Source: an uncultured Dehalococcoidia bacterium (GTDB lineage Bacteria; Chloroflexota; Dehalococcoidia; SZUA-161). From it: a stretch of 50,068 bases of DNA. The translations under genes were made by a program, and so were the position numbers. The notes beneath the pieces were generated by a model. It ran no database searches and was not told the origin of the DNA. It saw only the letters and a list, made by a program, of their open reading frames with translations. Below, in pieces: positions 30,562-38,142 of this stretch (positions are counted from its first letter, which is position 1; each line of letters opens with the position of its first letter). The stretch spans positions 1 through 50,068 of the forward strand of contig CAYVES010000004.1 in assembly GCA_964449845.1 (NCBI GenBank). Reading direction: 5' to 3'.

Positions 30562-32525
30562 TGGCCGCCTTTCTGGCCAACCCATACCTCAAGCTCATAA
30601 TCTTCGGCGGCAAGGGAGGGAGCGGCAAGACAACCTCGGCTGCGGCTGCTGCCCTCCATTTCCGTAAGCTCGACCCCGAAAAGAGGATACTGGTTATGTC
30701 CACCGACCCCGCCCACTCCCTCGGCGACAGCTTCGACATCGCTATCGGCAACAGGGTTACCCCCATAAAGGAGACCGTCTGGGGGCTGGAAGTAGACTCT
30801 AATGAGCTGTTTGAGGAATACAAAGCCAAGCACGGAGACGCGATGAAGAAGATAGCCGACCGGGGGACCTATTTTGACCAGGATGATATCGAGGACTTCT
30901 TCACCAAGACCCTCCCTGGTTTGGATGAGGTTATGGCTGTCATTCGCATCGCCGACCTGCTTAAAGCCGGGGAATATGACCTGATTATTCTGGATACCGC
31001 CCCCACCGGGCACACCCTGGTCCTCCTTTCCCTGCCTGAGGAGATGGAGAAATGGATTCATCTCATGGATATGCTCATGCAGAAACATCGCTATATGATG
31101 AGAAGGCTGGTCGGCAGATACAAAAGGGACGAGTGTGACGAGTTCATCGACAGCCAGCAAAAGGATATCAGCAGGGTGAGACAGCTCCTCAGCGATGCCA
31201 CAGCAAGCGAGTTTGTTCCGGTTACCATCCCAGAGCCGATGAGCATCGCCGAAACAGAAAGAGCCGTCAAGGCTTTGAAGGAGCACAACATTGCGGTCAA
31301 CAGCATCATCGTCAACCGGGTTATCGAGGAGCAGCGGGAGTGTTCCTTCTGCTCGGTGAGGTGGGCGGAGAAGGAAAAGTATGTGCGGGAGATTGAGCAG
31401 AAGTTCGCTCATTACAATCTGGTCAAGATGCCCCTCTTCCCCTACCAGATCCGGGGCGAGAGCTTGACCGAGTATGCCCAGGTACTCTTCGGGGAGAGAG
31501 AATATGCCCCTCCCCCCAGGGCGGAGGTCTTGCCCCAAGCCCCTCCCCTGCCCAAAGGGGGGTTCTCCGATATTCTGGAGAAGGAGCTTAGCTTCCTCAT
31601 CTTCGGGGGCAAGGGAGGGGTGGGCAAGACCTCAATTGCCGCCGCCAGCGCCCTCCATTTAGCCCGACATAAGCCGGATAGGAAGGTCCTCGCCTTCTCC
31701 ACCGACTCCGCCCATGCCCTCTCCGACAGCTTCGAGCAGCGTATTGGCAACCAAATCACCCCGATTTCGGGTATCGATAATCTCTACGCCCTGGAGATTG
31801 ATGGCACCCAGATGCTGGAGGACTTCAAGCAGGAGTATCGAGATGACATAGATGAAGCCTTTCAGAGGTTTCTCGGCACCCACATGGACATGAAGTTTGA
31901 CCGGGAGGTTCTTAAAGAGTTCTTGGCTGTCTCTCCCCCGGGCCTTGATGAGCTCATGTCTTTGCAAGAGATTACGGGTCTCATGAAGGAAGGAGACTAC
32001 AGCCTCTTTGTCCTCGACTCAGCAGCCTCGGGGCACCTGATTCGTTTTCTGGAACTCCCCCATCTGATGAGGGAGTGGCTGAAGAGCGTCTTCAGGCTGC
32101 TCATCAAGTATAGGGGGATGGTGAAGCTGAACAGGGCTACGGAGCGCCTTCTGAGCCTATCCCGGGATTTGAGAAAGATATTGGAGGTTCTCTCCGATCC
32201 CCGAGGAACGGAGTTTGTGATGATCACCATCCCTGAGGAGATGGGGGTGGCGGAGATGGAGGACCTGTCAGAATCTTTAGCCAACCTTAGAATCCCCTGC
32301 TCTCATGTAGTCATTAACATGATAATCCCTCCCACCGACTGTGGTTTCTGTGCTGCCAAGAGAAAAGAGCAGCAGGGCTATATCCAGGAAATCGAGGCAA
32401 AACTGCCTCATCACACCATCGTTCCCATACCTTTACTCCCCCATGATATCAGGGGGGTAGAGCACTTGAGCGAACTTGCCGAGATTATGTACGGGAAGGC
32501 GATGGTGAGCGCTAAGAGATCTTAG
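30558..32525 (+). CDS. Tandem (pseudo-dimeric) ArsA/Get3/TRC40-family ATPase
   Basis: 655 aa. Two P-loops (GGKGGSGKTT, GGKGGVGKTS), two STD(P/S)AH(S/A)L motifs and two switch motifs (LDTAPTGHTL, LDSAASGHLI). Each half carries a CxxC followed by a Get3-like helix (CSFCSVRWAEKEKYVREIE, CGFCAAKRKEQQGYIQEIE). The first half has a Met-rich segment, MEKWIHLMDMLMQKHRYMMRRL. ATGA overlap with the gvpG stop. Confidence 0.88.
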   Translation: MMAAFLANPYLKLIIFGGKGGSGKTTSAAAAALHFRKLDPEKRILVMSTDPAHSLGDSFDIAIGNRVTPIKETVWGLEVDSNELFEEYKAKHGDAMKKIADRGTYFDQDDIEDFFTKTLPGLDEVMAVIRIADLLKAGEYDLIILDTAPTGHTLVLLSLPEEMEKWIHLMDMLMQKHRYMMRRLVGRYKRDECDEFIDSQQKDISRVRQLLSDATASEFVPVTIPEPMSIAETERAVKALKEHNIAVNSIIVNRVIEEQRECSFCSVRWAEKEKYVREIEQKFAHYNLVKMPLFPYQIRGESLTEYAQVLFGEREYAPPPRAEVLPQAPPLPKGGFSDILEKELSFLIFGGKGGVGKTSIAAASALHLARHKPDRKVLAFSTDSAHALSDSFEQRIGNQITPISGIDNLYALEIDGTQMLEDFKQEYRDDIDEAFQRFLGTHMDMKFDREVLKEFLAVSPPGLDELMSLQEITGLMKEGDYSLFVLDSAASGHLIRFLELPHLMREWLKSVFRLLIKYRGMVKLNRATERLLSLSRDLRKILEVLSDPRGTEFVMITIPEEMGVAEMEDLSESLANLRIPCSHVVINMIIPPTDCGFCAAKRKEQQGYIQEIEAKLPHHTIVPIPLLPHDIRGVEHLSELAEIMYGKAMVSAKRS

Positions 32526-32551
32526 GCACCTCGGGGCAAAGGGGGTGGGAA

Positions 32552-32926
32552 ATGGCGCTAACGGCGGAAAAGGACTCAGGCGGAACCCTGGCTGATGTCA
32601 TCGACCGGGTTCTGGACAAAGGGCTGGTAATTAACGCCGACATCACCGTGTCTCTGGCTGGGGTGGAGCTATTGGGCATTAAGATAAGGGCAGCCCTGGC
32701 TTCTTTTGAGACGGCAGCCAAGTATGGCCTGGAGTTTCCCTCGGGGACAAATTATGAGACCGCTGCCTGGCAGGAGGCTACAGTTGCCAAAGAGGAATGT
32801 CCCCAGTGTGAGAAGAGGGTGCACCTGGATGAACTCCTCAACGAGGGGTGCCCGTGGTGCGGCTGGGTCAGCGCCAAGGCCAAGGCAATCCGCGCCAAGG
32901 CAACTCCAGAGATGGAAGCCCGCTAA
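32552..32926 (+). CDS. gvpJ: GvpA/GvpJ-family protein with C-terminal zinc ribbon
   Basis: TLADVIDRVLDKGLVINADITVSLAGVELLGIKIRAALASFETAAKYG is the GvpA/J core. CPQCEKRVHLDELLNEGCPWCGW follows. Confidence 0.85.
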   Translation: MALTAEKDSGGTLADVIDRVLDKGLVINADITVSLAGVELLGIKIRAALASFETAAKYGLEFPSGTNYETAAWQEATVAKEECPQCEKRVHLDELLNEGCPWCGWVSAKAKAIRAKATPEMEAR

Positions 32927-32938
32927 GTTAGGAGCAGG

Positions 32939-33280
32939 ATGCTTTTTGAACCGACAATCCTGAAGGAAATCCATAAAGAGGCCAAGCGAGAACAAAAGAG
33001 GTCGATGGAGAAAGAAAAGACCTCTGCCTACTGGGTGAGGTGCCCCGCCTGTGGAAGGAAGGTGGCAAAAAGGCAGATTCTGACCCAAGGCTGCTGGGTT
33101 TGCGGTTGGAAGGGAACTCAGAAGGAACTCGAGCTTGCCAGATCAAAGAGAGCCAACGGGCAGAAGACCAAGACTGCCGCTGAGACGAGTTATAAGACCA
33201 GGTGTCCGGGGTGTGGTAGGCCGGTGATTACACAAGAGTTGAGAGAGAAAGGGTGCTATATCTGCGGCTGGAAGGGTTAA
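32939..33280 (+). CDS. Double zinc-ribbon protein (two copies of the CPxCG...GCxxCGW module)
   Basis: 113 aa. CPACGRKVAKRQILTQGCWVCGWKG and CPGCGRPVITQELREKGCYICGWKG. Confidence 0.7.
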   Translation: MLFEPTILKEIHKEAKREQKRSMEKEKTSAYWVRCPACGRKVAKRQILTQGCWVCGWKGTQKELELARSKRANGQKTKTAAETSYKTRCPGCGRPVITQELREKGCYICGWKG

Positions 33281-33284
33281 TAGG

Positions 33285-34061
33285 ATGATCAGAAGCTCAT
33301 GGCCCAAGGGCCACAACTCTCATGCCGAAGAAGCAGTTCGGAAGCTGACCCCTTTCATGCCGCAAAACCTCAGACTCGATATACTCGCCTCCTTGTGGGA
33401 AGAATACGGGGACGAGGGGCAACTGGCCAGGGAAGTCGGCTGTAAGCCCGCCCTGATGGACAAATGGCTGAGGGCAGGGGAACCACCGAGCGACAAATAC
33501 ACGCCGCAAATCCTTTTCCTCGCCCTGCAACGCTCTTCCAGGGTAAGGGAAATACTGCGGGCGGAGGTACTGGAGCAAATCGAGGACATCTTCGCTGAGA
33601 TCGATGTTTTTCATGAAGAGAAAACCGACGCGGACCTGGGTAGGGTTCTGGATATTGTGGATGAGAAGAGCCGGCAGATACTGTGGTATCTATGGTGGGG
33701 CAGGCATGCCGAGATTGGCGAACTGGTTGAGCTAACGAAGGCAGACTCGGATATGGACATCCTGTCTCGAATAAGGGACGTCATAAACCCCGCTGCTCGA
33801 CTTGCTCTGGGTAGGGAGATAGTGAAGTTCGAAAGCTCCAGGATCGACCCGGTAACCGGGGAGAGGGTCCTCTCTAGCTGGTGGCTGGAGGAGGGCTCAC
33901 TATTTGGGAGAAGGAGAGCGCCCCTGGTGGATGTCTTTGAGGAGGATGGGCATGTAGCCATAATTGCCCAGCTACCTGCCTCACTGGAGTTAGCCAGTGA
34001 GGCGCAGGTAGTGAGCAAGGATGGTGTCTTGAGGATCAGGGTGGAGAAGATCAAGGGTTAA
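33285..34061 (+). CDS. Protein with C-terminal alpha-crystallin (Hsp20)-like segment; possible HTH near the N-terminus
   Basis: 258 aa. C-terminal PLVDVFEEDGHVAIIAQLPASLELASEAQVVSKDGVLRIRVEKI parallels the ACD start of 34139 and 40805. N-terminal GQLAREVGCKPALMDKWLRAGEPP is HTH-like. Confidence 0.6.
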   Translation: MIRSSWPKGHNSHAEEAVRKLTPFMPQNLRLDILASLWEEYGDEGQLAREVGCKPALMDKWLRAGEPPSDKYTPQILFLALQRSSRVREILRAEVLEQIEDIFAEIDVFHEEKTDADLGRVLDIVDEKSRQILWYLWWGRHAEIGELVELTKADSDMDILSRIRDVINPAARLALGREIVKFESSRIDPVTGERVLSSWWLEEGSLFGRRRAPLVDVFEEDGHVAIIAQLPASLELASEAQVVSKDGVLRIRVEKIKG

Positions 34062-34138
34062 GAGGTAGAGGATGTAGGGGCAGGTTCCCCAAACCTGCCC
34101 GGGAATATGGAGGGCACAAATGGAGGAAGGCAAGCATC

Positions 34139-34813
34139 ATGGCTGAGAAGAAGGAACGGGAAGACAAGATAAGGGAGCTTGAGAAAAAGATCGAGAGGCT
34201 GGAGGAACAACTGGAAAGGCGCAGGCGAGGTGGGGCGGCCGGCAGCGTGCTCCGTGGACTGGGCGATGTTATACCCGGGCTGGGCAGGATGCTCGAGGGG
34301 CTGGAGGATTCGGAGGCTTTCCAGGAAAGGCTGGACGCCATCAACAAGGAGGTTGATAAGAGGCTCAGGGAAACACCGCTTGAGAGGGTGGAAGGAGGAG
34401 GTAGTGATATCGGGATTGCCAAAGGAAGAATACCTAGAAGGGGCTCTATCCCTAATGTGGCGAAAGGTTTCTCAATAAGGAGCTTGGCCCCGGAGAAACC
34501 CGCCTTTGAAGTGAAGGGAGAGAAGCCCCGGCCCAAAAGGCAGAGAGCGGCAGAACCCCGGCCTAGCATAGAGAGAGAGGTCCTGGTGGACGTCTTCGAA
34601 GAGGATAATCACCTGAAGATAATCGCCGAGATCCCGGGAGTGCAAGAAGGGGACATATTGGTCGAGTCTAAGGGAAATGCCGTGCTTATATCCGTTGATA
34701 CCCCTCAGCGCAAGTATCACAAAGAGGTGGCATTGCCCTGCCCGGTTAAGGGGGGACCCAAGACATCTTACAAAAACGGCATCCTGGAAATCGAACTGGA
34801 GAAAGAGGGCTGA
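34139..34813 (+). CDS. Small heat-shock (alpha-crystallin domain) protein with N-terminal coiled coil
   Basis: 224 aa. VLVDVFEEDNHLKIIAEIPGVQEGDILVESKGNAVLISVDTPQRKYHKEVALPCPVKGGPKTSYKNGILEIELEKE is a typical Hsp20 ACD. Confidence 0.8.
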   Translation: MAEKKEREDKIRELEKKIERLEEQLERRRRGGAAGSVLRGLGDVIPGLGRMLEGLEDSEAFQERLDAINKEVDKRLRETPLERVEGGGSDIGIAKGRIPRRGSIPNVAKGFSIRSLAPEKPAFEVKGEKPRPKRQRAAEPRPSIEREVLVDVFEEDNHLKIIAEIPGVQEGDILVESKGNAVLISVDTPQRKYHKEVALPCPVKGGPKTSYKNGILEIELEKEG

Positions 34814-34815
34814 GC

Positions 34816-35142
34816 ATGCCACTTGATATCGATGAGGGCAATCTGAAGCATGGTGTGTTGGGACTGGTCATTGCGCTGGTGGAGATAATCAGGGATACCC
34901 TCAGGATCGAAGCCTTCCGGAGAATGGACGGCGGAAGCCTAGCAGATGAGGAATGTGAGCGGCTGGGAGAAGCACTGCTCGACCTGGATATGGCTATCGA
35001 GGAGATAAAAGAGGAGCAGGGCATCACCGAGGCAGTTCAGCAGGTGAGGGATGGCCTGGATGACATCGCGAGGGAAGTGGTTGACAGAATGGCAAACCCG
35101 GTGAGATGGGAGGAGGAAGCCGAAAGGCAAGGGGTGTGCTAG
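34816..35142 (+). CDS. gvpK: Gas vesicle protein GvpK
   Basis: 108 aa: GVLGLVIALVEIIRDTLRIEAFRRMDGGSLADEECERLGEALLDLDMAIEEI, the characteristic GvpK block. Confidence 0.9.
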   Translation: MPLDIDEGNLKHGVLGLVIALVEIIRDTLRIEAFRRMDGGSLADEECERLGEALLDLDMAIEEIKEEQGITEAVQQVRDGLDDIAREVVDRMANPVRWEEEAERQGVC

Positions 35143-36219
35143 ATGGAAAAGGATCTGAGAGCAAGAAAAGCAATAGAGCAGCTGGTGAGGCAAGAGGTAC
35201 AGAGAATAGCCTCTGAAACCAAGGACCTGTTGAGGGAGATGGTGAGAGCCACCCTACTGCCCGAGCTCAGGGCAGCTATTCAAGATTCTATCTCCGAGGT
35301 GGTGCAGGAGGCGTTGAGTGAGGAGATACTACCAGTCCGTGAAGCCGATATATTTGAGGAAGTTTCAGGGGTTGAAGCTGCTTTCCCGGAAGAGGAAGTA
35401 GGGGAGATGCCGGATGCCGAGGGAGAGCCGGCCTTGGAGGAGGCCAGGGGCACCAAAAATGGGAGCGGCAGGTATGCATATTGCGTCGCCGATTCCGGGG
35501 AAATGGTCAACCTGGGACAGATAGGAATTGAAAACAGTGAAGTCTACACTATTCCCTACAACGGCTTGTGCGCTGTCGTCCATAACTGCTCCACAGAGCC
35601 CTATAAGTCAGAGGATGAGGAAGTGGTCAAGGGCTGGGTGCAGATCCACCAGAAGGTCCTCGATGTGGCTATGGAAAGGTTTGCCACCGTGCTTCCCCTC
35701 GGCTTCGACACGATAATAAAAAGCGAAGATGAAGTCGAGCCCGATCAGGTGGTGAAGGACTGGCTTAAGGATGATTTCGAGAATCTCAGGGAGAAGATGG
35801 ACCGCGTCAGGGGAAATCAGGAGTTCGGCATCCAGGTATTCTATGATCCCAAGGTGATGGGGGAAGTGATTGCCCGGGAGAGCGAGGAGATTCAGAAACT
35901 GCAAGTGGAGATGGCGTCTCAGAAGCCGGGGATGGCCTATATGTATAAGCAGAAGGTGGAGAAGGCGGTGAAAGAGGAAATGGAGAGGAGGGCAGAACAG
36001 AGCTTTAAGGATCTTTACCAGGCAATCAGAAATCAGGTTGATGACATCAAGGTGGAGAAGGTCAAAAGAGACAGGGATAAGACGATGCTTATGAATCTAT
36101 CCTGCCTGGTATTAAAGGAGAAGGTGGAGGACCTGGGCAATGTACTGGAGGGGATTGACAACATGGATGGCTTCTCAGTCCGCTTCACCGGGCCCTGGGC
36201 TTCTCATAGCTTTGTCTAG
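35143..36219 (+). CDS. gvpL: Gas vesicle protein GvpL/GvpF family with an acidic N-terminal extension
   Basis: 358 aa. GRYAYCVADSGEMVNLGQIGIENSEVYTIPYNGLCAVVHN...VLPLGFDTII...FTGPWA. The ATG directly abuts the gvpK stop. Confidence 0.85.
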   Translation: MEKDLRARKAIEQLVRQEVQRIASETKDLLREMVRATLLPELRAAIQDSISEVVQEALSEEILPVREADIFEEVSGVEAAFPEEEVGEMPDAEGEPALEEARGTKNGSGRYAYCVADSGEMVNLGQIGIENSEVYTIPYNGLCAVVHNCSTEPYKSEDEEVVKGWVQIHQKVLDVAMERFATVLPLGFDTIIKSEDEVEPDQVVKDWLKDDFENLREKMDRVRGNQEFGIQVFYDPKVMGEVIARESEEIQKLQVEMASQKPGMAYMYKQKVEKAVKEEMERRAEQSFKDLYQAIRNQVDDIKVEKVKRDRDKTMLMNLSCLVLKEKVEDLGNVLEGIDNMDGFSVRFTGPWASHSFV

Positions 36220-36220
36220 G

Positions 36221-36392
36221 GTGACAAGGGTTCAGGGCCTCGGAATGGCACATTCCAGGTGTCATTGCGAGGAGTGATAGCGACGCGGCACTCTAGGGCG
36301 TGGTAGGGAGGGATAGAACGATGAGATTGCTTCGCTTCGCTCGCAATGACCAGGGGGTGTGGGGCTCAGAATGACAAAGGAGAAGGGGCAAG
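36221..36392. repeat. REP/MITE-like GC-rich palindromic element, copy A
   Basis: ...ggcacattccaggtgtCATTGCGAGgagtgatagcgacgcggca...gggagggatagaacgatgagattgcttcgcttcgCTCGCAATGaccag... Inverted CATTGCGAG/CTCGCAATG arms are present. About 170 nt align to 36813-36995. Confidence 0.8.
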
Positions 36393-36393
36393 G

Positions 36394-36741
36394 ATGAGAG
36401 AGTTCCTGCGAGAGGGAGAACAGACTATCATGTCCACTCCGGGAGCCATTGATATCGGCACCCTTGACGCCCTGTGGAGAATGGGGAATCTCCACCTCAC
36501 CGATAAACGGGTGTTTTTTGAGCGCCAGGGGAAAATCCAGTTTGCCTCCTTCCTCGAGGATGTGGTGGATGTCAGGCTGGAGATGAGGAAATGGATACTG
36601 CAGCATATCAGGCAGCTTTGCATATCCTACCGAACCACACCCGATGGCCGTGTCCGGGTGGCATATGTCGCCGTCAGGTCGCCTGTGGGCTGGCAGAAGG
36701 CAATCAAGGATAGGATGACTTTCGCCTTGATAGGGACCTAG
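36394..36741 (+). CDS. Stand-alone PH/GRAM-like domain protein
   Basis: 115 aa from the ATG at 36394; upstream codons of the track ORF lie in the REP element. MGNLHLTDKRVFFERQGKIQFASFLEDVVDV resembles the two PH/GRAM-like modules of 37020-38132. Confidence 0.6.
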   Translation: MREFLREGEQTIMSTPGAIDIGTLDALWRMGNLHLTDKRVFFERQGKIQFASFLEDVVDVRLEMRKWILQHIRQLCISYRTTPDGRVRVAYVAVRSPVGWQKAIKDRMTFALIGT

Positions 36742-36812
36742 CACCCTTATCACCCTGAGCGAAGCGAAGGGTCCAGGGCTTTTGGAGATTCTTCGGTCGC
36801 TTCGCTCCCTCA

Positions 36813-36995
36813 GAATGACAAGGGTTGAGGGCCTTGGAATGACAGAGGCATTCCAGGTGCCATTGCGAGGAGCGATAGCGACGTGGCAATCCCGGGGGTG
36901 GCAGGGAGGGATAGAACGAAGAGATTGCTTCGCTCGCAATGACGAGAGGTTGAGGGTCTCAGGATGACAGAAGGCGAAGGGCTCAGAGTGACAGC
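36813..36995. repeat. REP/MITE-like GC-rich palindromic element, copy B
   Basis: ...ggcattccaggtgcCATTGCGAGgagcgatagcgacgtggcaatcc...gggagggatagaacgaagagattgcttcgCTCGCAATGacgag... Extra related arms (gagcgaagcgaaggg / cttcggtcgcttcgctccctcagaatgac) lie at 36755-36815. Confidence 0.8.
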
Positions 36996-37019
36996 AAGGT
37001 GAACCATTGGGGATGAAAA

Positions 37020-38132
37020 GTGGGAATGCAACCTACGGCGGCAACGGAATGTGGTGTAACCGATCTCTTAGAGAGGATTCTAGACAAGGGGCTGGTAATC
37101 CATGCCGACCTCATAGTCTCCCTGGCAGGGGTTCCTCTTGTCGGGGTTACTCTAAAGGCAGCCATAGCCGGGATGGAGACAATGCTGAAGTATGGCATGT
37201 TGACCGATTGGGATGAAAAGACCCGCGACTGGGCTCGAACGGAGCGGGAGGAATCTCGAAAAGCGAGCGGGGTCTTGAAAGACGGTGAAGAGGTTCTGAT
37301 CAGGATGTTCGGCTCCCACTGGTACAGCCGGGGCATCTACCGCAACTGGAGGCCGGGGCATCTCTACGTCACCGATAGGAGGCTTCTACTGTGGAGACCC
37401 TATCCCGGCGAGGTATTAACGGAGGTTCACTACGAGCTAATAAAAGGAATGGCTGTGGAGAGAAGGATAAATGTCGCCAAGAAGGAAACGGATTACCTTT
37501 ATATATTGCTCAAGGATGGCGAGGTGGTTCAACTCCATCCCACCGATGCTTCGGTGGTAAGAGAGGCTATTGAAAACAGGATGCAAACGCTGGGACTGCA
37601 ACTGGAGAGTTACCCAGCTATCCCGCCCGTTGATGAGGGGGCAGCCAGGTTCTTGACCCCTGGCGAGCAAGTTACCCACTGCGGCAGGATGTGGCACCTC
37701 GTGACCCAGCCCTCCCCGGGCGGAATCACCAGCGAGAAGTGGAAGCCGGGACACCTGTATCTAACCAACGAGAGGCTGTACTGGTATCACGACTTCGACG
37801 GCAAGGTGGACTGGGAAGCCCCCCGTGACAGCCTGGTTCATGCCACTGCTCAGTTAAAGAATCTCGGGGGTATGCTGAAGGAGAAGCAGGTCCTCAGTGT
37901 GCTGCACAAGACCGGGTCAGGTAACAGGGTAGCATGCTTCTCTGGCGTGCCGGTGGAGATGAAGGACTGGGAGGATGCCCTAGTAGATGTCATCAGGCAG
38001 CGCAGCGAACCCATGCCTGAGGACTGGGAACAGTGCCCCCAGTGCGGGGAGAAAGCGCCCCGAGAGAGGCTGGTAAAAGATGGCTGCCCGGTGTGCGGCT
38101 GGGTAAGCCCCAGGCTGACGCGAAGAGTCTAG
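37020..38132 (+). CDS. GvpA/GvpJ-family domain fused to two PH/GRAM-like domains and a C-terminal zinc ribbon
   Basis: 370 aa. VTDLLERILDKGLVIHADLIVSLAGVPLVGVTLKAAIAGMETMLKYGM is the GvpA-family core. WRPGHLYVTDRRLLLW and WKPGHLYLTNERLYWY mark two PH/GRAM-like modules. CPQCGEKAPRERLVKDGCPVCGW closes it. The start may be the ATG at 37026. Confidence 0.83.
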   Translation: MGMQPTAATECGVTDLLERILDKGLVIHADLIVSLAGVPLVGVTLKAAIAGMETMLKYGMLTDWDEKTRDWARTEREESRKASGVLKDGEEVLIRMFGSHWYSRGIYRNWRPGHLYVTDRRLLLWRPYPGEVLTEVHYELIKGMAVERRINVAKKETDYLYILLKDGEVVQLHPTDASVVREAIENRMQTLGLQLESYPAIPPVDEGAARFLTPGEQVTHCGRMWHLVTQPSPGGITSEKWKPGHLYLTNERLYWYHDFDGKVDWEAPRDSLVHATAQLKNLGGMLKEKQVLSVLHKTGSGNRVACFSGVPVEMKDWEDALVDVIRQRSEPMPEDWEQCPQCGEKAPRERLVKDGCPVCGWVSPRLTRRV

Positions 38133-38142
38133 AGGAAAGGAG

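Noticed and set aside
36221-36995. Could the repeated GC-rich elements be a CRISPR array?
   Set aside because: There are only two long (~170 nt) imperfect copies, separated by a gene. They have internal inverted arms, no regular short repeat-spacer periodicity, and no cas genes in the window.
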